From Squalus acanthias (taxonomy: Eukaryota), in the NCBI GenBank assembly GCA_030390025.1, contig JASTWF010000344.1, positions 186,001-250,000 of the forward strand: a stretch of 64,000 nt of DNA, in the 5' to 3' direction. This document shows positions 11,042 through 23,430 of the stretch, piece after piece. The notes under the pieces are model-generated. The model worked only from the letters and a program-made list of their open reading frames with translations, was not told the DNA's origin and made no database searches. Within the stretch, counting starts at the first letter, position 1; each line of letters starts with the position of its first letter. Made by a program: the position numbers and the translations under genes.

Positions 11042-13997
11042 TCATGTCCAATTTCCTGCCCGCTCCCCGTAACCCCTAATTCCCTTTACTTCTAGGAAAC
11101 TGTCTATTTCTGTTTTAAATTTATTTAATGATGTAGCTTCCACAGCTTCCTGGGGCAGCAAATTCCACAGACCTACTACCCTCTGAGTGAAGAAGTTTCT
11201 CCTCATCTCAGTTTTGAAAGAGCAGCCCCTTATTCTAAGATTATGCCCCCTAGTTCTAGTTTCACCCATCCTTGGGAACATCCTCACCTCGTCCACCCGA
11301 TCAAGCCCCTTCACAATCTTATATGTTTCAATAAGATCGCCTCTCATTCTTCTGAACTCCAATGAGTAGAGTCCCAATCTACTCAACCTCTCCTTGTATG
11401 TCCATCCCCTCATCCCGGGGATTAACCGAGTGAACCTTCTTTGTACTGCCTCGAGAGCAAGTATGTCTTTTCTTAAGTATGGACACCAAAACTGTATGCA
11501 GTGTTCCAGATGCGGTCTCACCAATTCCTTATATAACTGCAGCAATACCTCCCTGTTTTTATAATCTATCCCCCTAGCAATAAAAGCCAACATTCCGTTG
11601 GCCTTCTTGATCACCTGCTGCACCTGTATACTAACTTTTTGATTTTCTTGCACTAGGACCCCCAGATCCCTTTGTACTGCAGTACTTTCCAGTTTCTCGC
11701 CATTAAGATAATAACTTGCTCTCTGATTTTTCCTGCCAAAGTGCATAACCTCACATTTTCCAATATTGTATTGCATCTGCCAAATCTCTGCCCACTCACC
11801 CAGCTTGTCTATATCCCCTTGTAGGTTTTTTATGTCCTCCTCACTCTCTACTTTCCCTCCCATCTTTGTATCATCTGCAAACTTTGATATGTTACACTCG
11901 GTCCCCTCCTCCAAATCGTTAATATAGATTGTAAAGAGTTGGGGACCCAGCACCGACCCCTGCGGAACACCACTGGCTACTGGTTGCCAGTCCGAGAATG
12001 AACCATTTATCCCAACTCTCTGCTTCCTGTTAGATAACCAATCCTCCACCCATGCCAGAATATTCCCCCCAATCCAGTGATTTTTTATCTTGAGCAATAA
12101 TCTTTTATGTGGCACCTTGTCGAATGCCTTCTGGAAGTCTAAATACACTACGTCCATTGGTTCCCCTTTATCCACCCTGTACGTTATGTCCTCAAAGAAC
12201 TCAAGCAAATTTGTCAGACATGATTTCCCCTTCATAAAGCCATGCTGACTTTGTCCTATCAAATTATGTTTATCTAAATGTTCCGTTACTGTCTCCTTAA
12301 TAATAGACTCCAAAATTTTACCCGCCACAGATGTTAGACTAACTGGTCTATAATTTCCAGCTTTCTGCCTACTACCCTTTTTAAATAAGGGTGTTACATT
12401 AGCAGTTTTCCAATCTGCCGGGACCTTTGCTGATTCCAGGGAATTTTGGAAAATTATTACCAAAGCATCCACAATCCCTATTGCCACTTCCCTCAAGACC
12501 CTAGGATGTAAGCCATCAGGTCCAGGGGATTTATCCGCCTTGAGTCCTATTATTTTACTGAGTACCAATTCCTTAGTGATTTTAATCGTATTTAGCTTCT
12601 CCCCCCCTAGAGCCCCCTGTTTGTCCAGTGTTGGGATATTCTTAGTGTCCTCTACCGTAAAGACTGAAACAAAATATTTGTTCAGCATTTTTGCCATCTC
12701 CATGTTTCCCACCATTAATTTCCCGGTCTCATCCTCTAAGGGACCTACGTTTGCCTTAGCCACCCTTTTTCTTTTTATATAACTATAGAAACTCTTGCTA
12801 TCTGTTTTTATATTTTTTGCTAATTTATTTTCATAATCTATCTTACCTTTCTTAATCAATCCTTTAGTTACTTTTTGCTTTCTTTTGAAGACTTCCCAAT
12901 CTTCTATCCTCCCACTAAGTTTGGCTACCTTATATGTCCTTGTTTTTAGTTGGATACTATCCTTAATTTCTTTACTTAGCCACGGATGGCTGTCATTTCT
13001 TTTACACCCTTTTTTCCTCAGTGGAATATATTTTTTTTGAAAGTTGTAAAATAACTCCTTAAATGAACACCACTGCTCATGTACCGTCTTACCCTTTAAT
13101 CTATTTTCCCAGTCCACTTTAATCAATTCCGCTCTCATACCATCATAGTCTCCTTTATTCAAGCTCAGTACGCTTGTCTGAGAACCAACCTTCTCACCCT
13201 CTAATTGGATATGGAATTCAACCATGTTATGGTCACTCATTCCAAGGGGATCCTTAACTAGGACATTATTAATTAATCCTGACTCATTACACAGGACCAG
13301 GTCCAAGGTTGCTTGCCCCCTTGTAGGATCAGTTACATACTGCTCAAGAAATCCATCCCTAATACACTCAATAAACTCTTCCTCAAGGCTGCCCTGCCCA
13401 ATTTGATTTGTCCAGTTAATATGATAGTTAAAATCCCCTATAATTATAGCTGTTCCCTTATTACATGCCCCAACTATTTCCTGATTAATACTTCTTCCAG
13501 CAGAGTTGCAACTATTAGGAGGCCTATATACTACTCCCACTAGTGTTTTTTTCCCTTTATTATTCCTTATCTCCACCCAAACTGTTTCATTATCCTGATC
13601 CTTTGACCCAATATCATTTCTCTGTAATACAGTGATTCCTTCCTTTATTAACATAGCTACCCCACCCCCTCTTCCTTCCTGTCTGTCTGTCCTTCCTGAT
13701 TGTTAAATACCCTGACATATTTAATTCCCAGTCGTTGTCACCCTGCAGCCATGTTTCTGTAATGGCCACAAGATCATACCCATACGTAGTTATTTGTACC
13801 GTCAATTCGTCTATTTTGTTACGAATGCTGCGTGCATTCAGATAAAGAACTTTTAAATATGTTTTGTGACAATTTTTTCCTGCTTTTACCCCCTTTACTA
13901 CTTTACCTTTATCTTTATATATTCTGTCCCTTCCTGACACGCTCTGGTATTTAATTACCCCACTGCTACTTTGCTCTATTGCCTTCTCCGCTGACAT
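11042..13997 (-). pseudogene. CR1 ORF2 (APE endonuclease plus reverse transcriptase), one 4-bp duplication frameshift near 13681-13690
   Basis: LYLNARS, ITETWL, GDFN, SDH endonuclease motifs; QGSVLGP and FADD RT motifs; removing one ACAG restores RKDRQEGRGGGVA. Confidence 0.9.
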
Positions 13998-14035
13998 TTT
14001 TATTTTTTGCTCTCTTGAAACCTCCCCCCCACTAA

Positions 14036-14992
14036 TTAGTTTAAAGCCCTCTCTACAGCCCTAGTTATTCGATTCGCCAGGACTCTAGTCCCAGCACTGG
14101 CCAAGTGAAGTCCGTCCCAACGGAACAGCTCTCTCCTGTCCCAGTACTGGTGCCAGTGTCCCAGGTAGCAAATCCCATTTCTCCCACACCAGTCTTTGAG
14201 CCACGCATTTAACCCTCTGATTTTATTTACCCTAGCCAAATTTGCTCGTGGCTCAGGTAGTAATCCAGAGATTACTACCCTAGAGGTTCTTTTTTTTAAT
14301 TTGACCCCTAGCTGCTCATACTCCCTCAGCAGAACCTCATTCCTTGTCCTATCTATGTCATTGGTACCAACATGGACCACGACAACTGGATCTTCCCCCT
14401 CCCACTTCAAGTTTCTCTCCAGCCCAGAGGAGATGTCCTTAACCCTGGCACCGGGCAGGCAACATAGCCTTCGGGACTCTCGCTCTCGGCTGCAAAGAAC
14501 CCTATCTATCCCCTTAATGATACTATCCCCTACCACTACAACATTTCTTTTTACTCCCCCCACTTGAATGGCTCCCCGTACCACAGTGCTGTGGCCAGGT
14601 TGCTCATCCTCCCTGCAGTCCCTGCTCCCGTCCTCACAGGGAGTAAGAGCCTCGAACCTGTTGGACAAGAGCAAGGGCTGCGGCTCCTCCAACACTACCT
14701 CCTGGATCCCCGTACCTGCCTCACTCGTAGTCACACCCTCCTGTCCCTGATCATGGGCTACATCTGAATTAGTTAATCTAATTGGTGTGACTACCTCCTG
14801 GAACACAGAGTCCAGGTAACTCTCCCCCTCCCTGATGTGTCGCAGTGTTTGAAGCTCGGACTCCAGCTCATCAACACGGAGCCGGAGTTCCTCGAGCAGC
14901 CAACACTTACTGCAAATGTGATCACCGTGAACATCAATGGTGTCCTCCAGCTCCCACATATTGCAGCAGTAACACATCACCTGCTCTCCCAT
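14036..14992 (-). CDS. CR1 ORF1p: zinc finger, coiled coil, SGNH/GDSL esterase
   Basis: CxxC..CxxC, LEELRLRVDELESEL, VGDS, HVGTND, DGLHL; 318 aa uninterrupted. Confidence 0.9.
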   Translation of the reverse strand: MGEQVMCYCCNMWELEDTIDVHGDHICSKCWLLEELRLRVDELESELQTLRHIREGESYLDSVFQEVVTPIRLTNSDVAHDQGQEGVTTSEAGTGIQEVVLEEPQPLLLSNRFEALTPCEDGSRDCREDEQPGHSTVVRGAIQVGGVKRNVVVVGDSIIKGIDRVLCSRERESRRLCCLPGARVKDISSGLERNLKWEGEDPVVVVHVGTNDIDRTRNEVLLREYEQLGVKLKKRTSRVVISGLLPEPRANLARVNKIRGLNAWLKDWCGRNGICYLGHWHQYWDRRELFRWDGLHLASAGTRVLANRITRAVERALN

Positions 14993-15106
14993 TCTATGTA
15001 ATTAATTAAATTTATTATTATTTACCCTTTAATTAATTTAAATTAAAACAATACACTTCTGTGACAGTTTGATATGAGTCTCTTCACTCTCCATCCTGTG
15101 GCAGTT

Positions 15107-16361
15107 TGAAAGGGAAATCGTGTTTGACGAATCTGTTAGAGTTCTTTGAGGTTGTAACTAGCAAAATAGATAAGGGGGAACCAGTGGATGTGGTGTATTT
15201 GGATTTTCAGAAGGCATTCGATAAGGTGCCACACAAGAGGTTATTAAACAAAATTAGGGCTCATGGGATTGGGGGTAATATACTATCATGGATTGAGGAT
15301 TGGTTAACGGACAGAAAACAGAGAGTAGGAATAAACTGGTCATTTTCGGGTTGGCAGGCTGTAACTCGTGGGGTCCCGCAAGGATCAGTGCTTGGGCCTC
15401 AGCTATTCACAATCTATATCAATGATTTGGATGAGGGGACCAAATGTAATATATCCAAGTTTGTTGATGATACAAAGCTGGGTGGGAATGTAAGTTGTGA
15501 GGAGGACACAAGGAGGCTTCAAGGGGATATAGGCAGGCTAAGTGAGTGGGCAAGAACATGGCAAATGGAATATAATGTGGAGAAATGTGAAGTTATCCAC
15601 TTTGGTAGGAAAAATAGAAAAGCATAGTATCTTTTAAATGGTGAGAGATTGGGAAATGTTGGTGTTGTTCAGAGGGACCTGGGTGGCCTTGTACAAGAAT
15701 CACTGAAAGTTAACACGCAGTTACAGCAAGCAATTAGGAAAGCAAATGGTATGTTGGCCTTTATTACAAGAGGATTCGAGTATAAGAGTAAAGACGTCTT
15801 ACTGCAATTATATAGGGCCCTGGTGAGACCACACCTGGAGTATTGTGTACAGTTTTGGTTTCCTTACCTAAGGAAGGATATACTTGCCATAGAGGGAGTA
15901 CAACGAAGGTTCATCAGACTGATTCCTGGGTTGGGGGGATTGTCCTATGAGGAGAGATTGAGTAGACTAGGCCTATATTTCTAGAGTTTAGAAGAATGAG
16001 AGGTGATCTCATTGAAACATACAAAATTCTTACAGGGCTAATGCAGGGAGGATGTTTCCCCTGGCTGGGAAGTCAAGAACCAGGGGTCACAGTCTCAGAA
16101 TAAGGGGTCGGCCATTTAGGACTGAGATGAGGAGAAATTTCTTCACTCAGAGGTTGGTGAATGTTTGGAATTCTCTATCCCAGAGGGCTGTGGAGGCTCA
16201 GTCGTTGAGTATATTCAAGACAGAGATCGATAGATTTTTGGATATTAAGGGAATCGGGAGGAAAGTGGAGTTGAGTTAGAAGATCAGCCATGATCTTATT
16301 GAATGGCAGAGCAGGCTTGAGGGGCCAAATGACATACTCCTGCTCCTATTTCTTATGTTCT
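15107..16361 (+). mobile_element. CR1 3' piece
   Basis: RT ORF fragments 15106-15627, 15649-15984, 16052-16279 and a 3' tail. Confidence 0.9.
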
Positions 16362-18758
16362 TATATTTATCCTGATTCTCAGATGTATTCTCGACCTGAC
16401 ATACGCGCTTCTTTTTCTGTTTCACCTTACTCTCTATCTCTTTCGTCATCCAGGGAGCTCTGACTTTCGTTGCCCTACCTTTCCCCCTAGTGAGAATGTA
16501 CCTCGACTGTACCCGAACTATTTCCTCTTTAAAGGCAGCCCATTGTTCCATTGCAGTTTTGTCTATCAATCTTTGATTCCAGTTTACCCAGGCCAGATCC
16601 GTTTTCATCCCACTGAAATTGGCCTTCCTCCAATTAAGTATTTTTACTCTAGATTGCTCCCTGTCCTTTTCCATAGCTAATCTAAACCTTATGATACTAT
16701 GATCACTGTTCCCTAAATGTTCACCTACTGACACTTGCTCTACTTGACCGACCTCATTCCCCAGAACCAGATATGCCTCCTTCCTTGTTGGGCCGGAAAC
16801 ATACTGATCTAGAAAGTTCTCCTGAATACAATTCAGAAATTCTTCCCCCTCTCTGCCCTTTACACTATTACTATCCCAGTCTATATGAGGATAGTTGAAG
16901 TCTTCCATTATCACTACTCTATAGTTCTTGCATCTCTCTGTAATTTCTCTGCAAATTTGCTCCTCCATATTTTTACCACTATTTGGTGGTCTATAGAATA
17001 CACCTAGTAGTGTAATGGCACCTCTTTTATTTCTTAACTCTAGCCATATAGATTCTGTCCTTGACCCCTCCAGGACATCCTCTCTGTCCAGCACTGTAAC
17101 ATTCTCCTTAACCAATACTGCCACATACCACAGCTTTTCTTCCCTATCTTTCCTGAACACCTTATATCCAGGAATATTTAATACCCAATCACAGAATCCC
17201 CACAGTGCAGATAGAGGCCATTTCGGCCCATCGAGCCTGCACCGACACATATCCCACCCTATCCCCGTAACCCCACGTATTTAATCCCCCCTAACACCAA
17301 GGGTCAATTTATCATAGCCAAATCAACCTAACCCGCACATCTTTGGACTGTGGGAGGAAACCGGAGCACCCGGAGGAAACCCACGCAGACACGGGGAGAA
17401 TGTGCAAACTCCACACAGACAGTCACCCGAGGCCGGATTCGAACCCGGGTCCCTGGCGCTGTGAGACAACAGTGCTAACCACTATGCCACCGTGTTTCCC
17501 CTGCCCTTTTTTGAGCCAGGTCTCCGTTATTACCACAACATCATATTCCCATGTGGCTCTTTGTGCCTGTAGCTCACTTACCTTGTTTACTATGCTTCGT
17601 GAGTTCACATACATACACTGTAAACCCATCTTAGACCATCCTGTGTTCTCTCTTCGTCTGACCCCACCTAATACCTTACTATTTCTTACTTTAGTGCTAT
17701 CCGTCTTTCCCAATCCTTTGTGCCCTTTGTTGCTCCTTTCTAATGCTACATCCTGGTGCCCATCCCCCTGCCAACTTAGTTTAAACCCTCCCCAACAGCA
17801 CTAGCAAACCTCCCCGTGAGGATATTGTTTCCAGCTCTGTTGAGGTGCAACCCGTTCAGCCTGTACAGGTCCCACCTCCCCCAGAACCAGCCCCAATACC
17901 CCAGGAATCTAAAGCCCTCCCTCCTGCACCATCTCTGCAGCCAGGCGTTCATCTGCTCTATCCTCCTACTTCTATACTCACTAGCGCGTGGCACCGGGAG
18001 TAATCCGGTGATTACTACCTTTTGAGGACCTGCTTTTTACTCTCTTTCCTAGCTCACTAAAATCTGTCTGCAGGACCTCATCCCTCTTTCTACCTATGTC
18101 GTTGATACTGATATGGACCACGACCTCTGGCTGTTCACCCTCCCCCCCCTCAGAATGTTCTGCAGCCGCTCAGTGACATATTTGACCCTGGCACCAGGGA
18201 GGCAACATACCATCCTGGAATCATGTCTGCGGCCGCAGAAACGCCTGTCTGTTCCCCTAACTATCGAATCCCCTACTACTATTGCCTTCCCAGTCTTCCT
18301 CCTCCCCCCGTGTAGCTGAGCCACCCGTGTTGCCGTGGACTTGGCTCTGACTGTACTTCCCAGAGGAACCACCGCCCTCGAATACTGGTTGGAGAGCGAG
18401 ATGCACTCGGGACTCCTGCACTACCTGTCTGGTCCTCCTTCTCTGTCTGATGGTCACCCATTCCCTCTCTGCCTGCACATACTTATGCTGCAGGGTGACC
18501 ACCTCCTCAAATGTGCTAACCACGTAGCTCTCAGCCTCACGGATGCACCGCAGTGACGCCAGCTGCTGCTCAAGCTCTGAAACCTGGAGCTCGAGCTCCT
18601 CCAGCCGACGACACTTCCTGCACACGTGGTTGTCCAGGACATGGGAAGCGTCCTGGATTTCCCACGTGGCACAGGATGTGCATTCCACGGGACTGAGGTG
18701 CCCTGCCATGTCTCTATTTAAAAGGCTATTAACTAACTTACAGAAATAAACTTGAGAC
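16362..18758 (-). mobile_element. Degenerate CR1: ORF1 remnant plus endonuclease region
   Basis: MAGHLSPVECTSC (18709), VGDSIVRG, NGLHL, MYVNSRS, YRPPNS, NSDH. Confidence 0.9.
17190..17496 (-). mobile_element. HE1-like V-SINE
   Basis: A box TGGCATAGTGG, B box GGTTCGAATCC, V-domain TGTGTGGAGTTTGCACATTCTCCCCGTG, CR1-type tail. Confidence 0.9.
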
Positions 18759-18869
18759 TAAGGGCTAGAAATTCGGTCCGTTAGCGCCCCTCGGAGGTGC
18801 TAACAACTTACCGCCCCGGCATGGCGATGTTCACCAGCGGAGGCAGAGAGAAAGATTGGAAAACGTGGC

Positions 18870-19387
18870 CAGAGGGAGGAGGGCCTACAGGGCTCTCAAC
18901 AGGAGACCTTACCCTCCCAGGGTATTCCGGGAGCAGTTCTCCTACATTCATCTCTCAGAGGAGCAGTGCCTTAGAAGGCTCCGCTTCAGCAAGGAGGTGG
19001 TCACAGAGCTTTGTCACCTCCTGCAGGCAGACCTCCAGCCTCAGATCAGGACCAGGACGTCTCTCTCAGTGGCAGTGAAGGTCACAGTCACTCTCAATTT
19101 CTACGCCAGCGGCTCCTTCCAGGCATCAACAGGGGATATTGCAAACATTTTGTAGTTCGCTGTCCATTGCTGCATCCGGGAGGTAACAGATGCTCTGTAC
19201 AGAAGGAGAAGGGAGTACATCTCATTCCCCATGACCAGGGAGAAACAGGATGAACGCTCGTGGCTTTACAAGGATAGCGGGCTTCCCCATGGTTCAGGGC
19301 ATCATTGACTGCACCCACGTGGCATTGTGGGCACCTCATCACAATGCAGAGGTGTTCTGTAACCGCAAACGCTACCACTCTCTGAAC
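18870..19387 (+). pseudogene. Harbinger (HARBI1-like) DDE transposase, N-terminal part
   Basis: LRRLRFSK, LNFYASGSFQ, GFPMVQGIIDCTHV, NRKRYHSLN; one stop, one frameshift, truncated at ~19387. Confidence 0.9.
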
Positions 19388-19564
19388 TGGGGCAGAACCT
19401 CAGCATCCGGAGCAATCTGCTCGAGCACCGTGAGATCCCCATTGGACTGTTGACAACCCAACGACGATGGCAGCAGTCAGTGCTTGCGTGGCATCAATCT
19501 GAGACTGCATGAGAGCAGTCTGACATTGGATGCCACCAACCTCTGATTCCATTACAGCACTAAG

Positions 19565-21351
19565 TCATTGCGTTGCTTTGGCCTGTGCTGCAATAGCTGC
19601 TGCCACCTCACCCATGACACGTGACATTAGGTCTGGGTGCCCACGGTCTCGCTGCAAGGCAACCATCCTTTGCAAACTGCCAAGGATGGGCTCGATGGAT
19701 TGCGCAGAGATGAATGCCATGCTGGAGGTGGACTCCTCCACGCTCCTTACCAGTGCATCCATGCTCTTGGGCACGCTTGCCATTGCACCCATGAGCTCAG
19801 TATGCATGCTCATCGCCTGTGTGGTCAAGGCCTCCACATCGAGGTCCTCATCTGAGTCCTGTGCAGCAGAACTTGCGCGTGCACTCACCCTTCGGGGAGA
19901 TGGCCCCCGAGCTTCCCTTTCCCTGTGGTGTTGCTGCAGCCCACTGGGTCCCAGAGCTTCCCCCACATCAGACCCATTTCCTAGGCTCCCCTCCAGCGAC
20001 CGCGTGGCCCCATTATCTGACCTCTTGCCCTCGGGAGACACAGGCAGTGAGGCTCTGGCTTGTTGTTCCACCTCCTCTCCCGCGTCGCTGCCACTGGGAG
20101 GCTGAGGGACAGGCTGGTCAGCTGGTGGCTGATTATCTGAAAGCATAAAGGCACAAGAGCGTGTTTAACGTCAGGGGAGGGGGGCAGGAAGGGAGCAAGG
20201 AATGGAGACAGTATACTTAGATGGAAAGTGGGAAGGGCTCGTGGTGTGAGGGGGAAGTGGTATGAGAGAAGAGGGAGTGGTGATGAACATACCGTCGTGG
20301 CATAGTGGTTAGCACTGGTGCCTCACAGCGCCAGGGACCTGGGTTCAAATCTGACCTCGGGTGACTGTCTGTGTGGAGTTTGCACATTCTCCCCGTGTCT
20401 GCGTGGGTTTCCTCCGGGTGCTCCGGTTTCCTCCCACAGTCCAAAAATGTGCGGGTTAGGTTGATTTGGCTATGATAAATTGACCCTTAGTGTTAGGGGG
20501 GGATTAAATATGTGGGGTTATGGGGATAGGATGGGATATGTTAGGGGGAATTAAATACGTGGGGTTACGGGGGTAGGGTGGGATATGTGTACTGTGGGGA
20601 TTAAAGCAGGGACAGGGTACTGGACTTGGATGATCAGCCATGATCGTATTGAATGGTGGAGCAGGCTCGACGGGCCGAATGGCCTACTCCTGCTCCTAGA
20701 TTCTATGTTTCTATGTTTTATGTTGTCCCCAAGGGGGTCGAGGTCTACGACTGCCACTGCGCCCACGACCTGGGTGCAGTGATGCTGCGTACTCGCTCCT
20801 CCAGGTCTATAAGGGGGTGCAGCACCACCTGACCTCCTCCCGTGCATTGCTACTCCCTCCTGTTATGAGTAAGCTTGGCCTGCAAGAAAAAGGACAGCGT
20901 ATGAGTGAGTGTGCAGCCATGTGTTCGGCAGATGTGCCTACCCTAGTTGAATAGCTGTTAATGTCTGCAAAGCATGAGATGTGGATGTGACTTTTAGTAG
21001 ATGGGCATAGTTGGTGGGTGAGTGTTGGGGATTTGGCGGTTAACACCGTCTGTGCACAGAGTGAGGTTGAGATGGTGGCATGTAGAGGTTATTGAATCAT
21101 GTACTCACCCTGACCACCCGAGTGAGGTCGTTGAACTTCTTGCGGCACTGGGTGGGAGTCCTGTGGACCACACGTCTGGCCGAGACATACTGGGCGACCT
21201 CCCTCCACATCCTCGTGAAGTCCTGCGGCAATGGCCTCCTGCCAGTGTCCGGGAAGAGCACTGCCCATCGGCTTTCCACGGCCGCTACCAGAGCCTCCAA
21301 AGCCTGGTCGCTGAACCGGCGAGCACTCTCCCTGGGCCTCTGATCAACCAT
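19565..21351 (-). pseudogene. Harbinger Myb/SANT-like DNA-binding gene with introns
   Basis: RRFSDQALEALV...MWREVA...RTPTQCRKKFNDL; donor GTGAGT at 21108, acceptor at 20880-20881 then AKLTHNRRE*QCTGGG; later exon near 19565-20136. Confidence 0.8.
20296..20718 (+). mobile_element. HE1-like V-SINE with internal duplication and appended CR1 tail
   Basis: Head and V-domain nearly identical to 17190-17496; ends in (TTTCTATG)n. Confidence 0.9.
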
Positions 21352-21709
21352 GAGATCCTTCACAGATGGTTTGCAGCTCCTTGCAGGCCCAGTTCACAAG
21401 CAGCAATGATCAGAGTGAGGCTGTGCAGCATGATTGAACCTTCCCTTTAAGAACTGGAAGGCGCCAGTCTGTCTGAGTACTTGTAATTGACAGCGCCGGA
21501 ACTTGAGTAGCGCTCTGCGGTAGCGCCCCGCTCTCCGACGTTAGCGCCCTAAGAGGAGCGTGTAGAGCTTGATGTAGCGCTCCACTTCCCTCTTGGGGCA
21601 CTAAAACTGAATTCCACGGTCGCCGGTGCTAATTAGCGCCGGGCACTAAAGTTAGCGCCCAGGCGATGTTCGCACCCCAAAATGGTCGATACCGAATTTT
21701 TCCCCCTAA

Positions 21710-22030
21710 GAGTCTTAAATGTCAGGCCTACCTTTATCTCCGGCCGCTTCTCTCGCTCTATTAAAGTCTTTATTCACACGATTATTTATAGTTATATTAA
21801 TTAGTTTATCTAGTTACGTTAGAGAGAATAAAACGCTAATACTCACCCACCAATCACCTACCTGCAGTTCTGTGCCGTCATTCCTTGATTTTGCTGTTTT
21901 GGGATTCGGCGGATTTGTGTCTGCCTCCTCAGATGCCAACTCTTCGCAGGTCCGCTGTCTTCAGGTCCCCGCGCTCTTTATTCTCTGCCGCTTCCTCAGA
22001 TGCCGACTCGTGCCGTGCTTCACTTATGGC
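21710..22030 (-). mobile_element. CR1 5' UTR remnant of the 16362-18758 element
   Basis: Reverse complement shares gcaggtaggtgattgg..ggtga and taaataatcgt..taaagacttta with the 5' UTR at 42640-42830. Confidence 0.7.
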
Positions 22031-22033
22031 TAA

Positions 22034-22281
22034 ATTGTGCAGACTGGCTGGTGAAGGGGCTGCAGTGTGGATCCTGGTGTATTGTGCAGATTGGCTGGTG
22101 AAATGGTGCAGTGTGGATCCTGGTGTATTGTGCAGACTGGCTGGTGAAATGGTGCAGTGTGGATCCTGGTGTATTGTGCAGACTGGCTGGTGAAATGGTG
22201 CAGTGTGGATCCTGGTGTATTGTGCAGACTGGCTGGTGAAATGGTTCAGTGTGGATCCTGGTGTATTGTGCAGACTGGCTG
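22034..22281. repeat. 46-bp minisatellite, about 5.3 copies
   Basis: ATTGTGCAGACTGGCTGGTGAAATGGTGCAGTGTGGATCCTGGTGT units at 22081, 22127, 22173, 22219. Confidence 0.95.
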
Positions 22282-22479
22282 GGAACAGTTTTCCAGTGCG
22301 TACGTGCCAAATATTTATGTAATTATGTCACAACACTGAATTGGCGCTGGTATCTATATGCCATGATATCACTGCACTAGAACAGCACATTTACTGGGCT
22401 TGGGGAGATGCAGTGTAAAAGCCGGTCTGGGTGCTGTGTGTTCTGAGAGAGTCGTGTGCGAGAGTGAGCAGCACACTCA

Positions 22480-23430
22480 CAACATTAAAGCAGCTACCTC
22501 AAATTCTGAAAGGTTTTGAAAGAGCAAATGGTAAAGAAGTAATAAATTTATACAGAGCATTGATTAGGCCATGGTTAGTGTGCAGATTTGGGCAGGTTTG
22601 TGCAGACGCACATCCGCCGAATTCCAAAAGAACAGCAAAATCAAGGAATGACGTCACAGAACTGCAGGTGGGTGATTGGTGGGTGAGTATTAGCGTTTTA
22701 TTCTCTCTAACGTAACTAGCCATAGAGAGCGTGCAGCAGGATGATGCCAGGGATGGAAACTCTAGTTATGAGGAGACACTTGAGATACTGGGACTATTCC
22801 CATTGGAGTAGAGAAGCTAAGAGGAAATTTAACACAGAAATTAGAACAAGGAAACAGGCCATTCGGCCCAACCAGTCCGTGTCAGCATTTACTCTCCACA
22901 TGAGCAAATAGTCCTAATCATATTTACCCACCCTCTTCCCATATTACATAGAATTACATGAAATTTACAGCACAGAAACAGGCCATTCGGCCCAACTGGT
23001 CCGTGCCGGTGTTTATGCTCCACACGAGCCTCCTCCTACCCTCTTCATCTCACCCCATCAGCAGATCCTTCTATTCCTTTCTCCCTCATGTGTTTATCCA
23101 GCTTCCCCTTAAATGCATCTGTGCTATTCGCCTCAACCACTCCCTGTGGGAGCGAGTTCCACATTCTCACCACTCTCTGGGTGAAGAAGTTTCTCCTGAA
23201 TTCCCTATTGGATTTATTAGTGACTATCTTATATTGATGGCCCCGAGTTCTGGTCTTTCTCGATGTCGAGAGAAGTTATAACTATATTCTTCAACCCCTT
23301 TTCCTTCATCCACCTCTCCAATCTAATCCTGAATCTTGTCACAGTTTCTGCCTCAACTACTGACCCTGGGAGTGAATTCCACCGCCTCACAACTCTTTGT
23401 GTGAAGTTTCTCCTGCCCTGTATTCTAAAT
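22480..23430. mobile_element. Old CR1 3' fragments in both orientations
   Basis: LYRALIRP on plus; RNFTQRVVRRWNSLP and ggccattcggccca tails on minus. Confidence 0.7.

Larger units (their letters stand above)
10842..15106 (-). mobile_element. Near full-length young CR1 LINE
   Basis: Intact ORF1, ORF2 with a single visible lesion, double 3' tail, AT-rich partial 5' UTR. Confidence 0.95.
18762..21706. mobile_element. Internally deleted Harbinger DNA transposon
   Basis: 16-bp TIRs GGGCTAGAAATTCGGT / ACCGAATTTTTCCCCC (13/16), TAA TSD at 18759-18761 and 21707-21709, convergent transposase and Myb-like genes. Confidence 0.9.

Noticed and set aside
17420..17496. tRNA gene
   Set aside because: tRNA-derived head of a V-SINE, continuous with the V-domain and tail
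22034..22281. Possible CRISPR array
   Set aside because: Head-to-tail 46-bp repeats with no spacers
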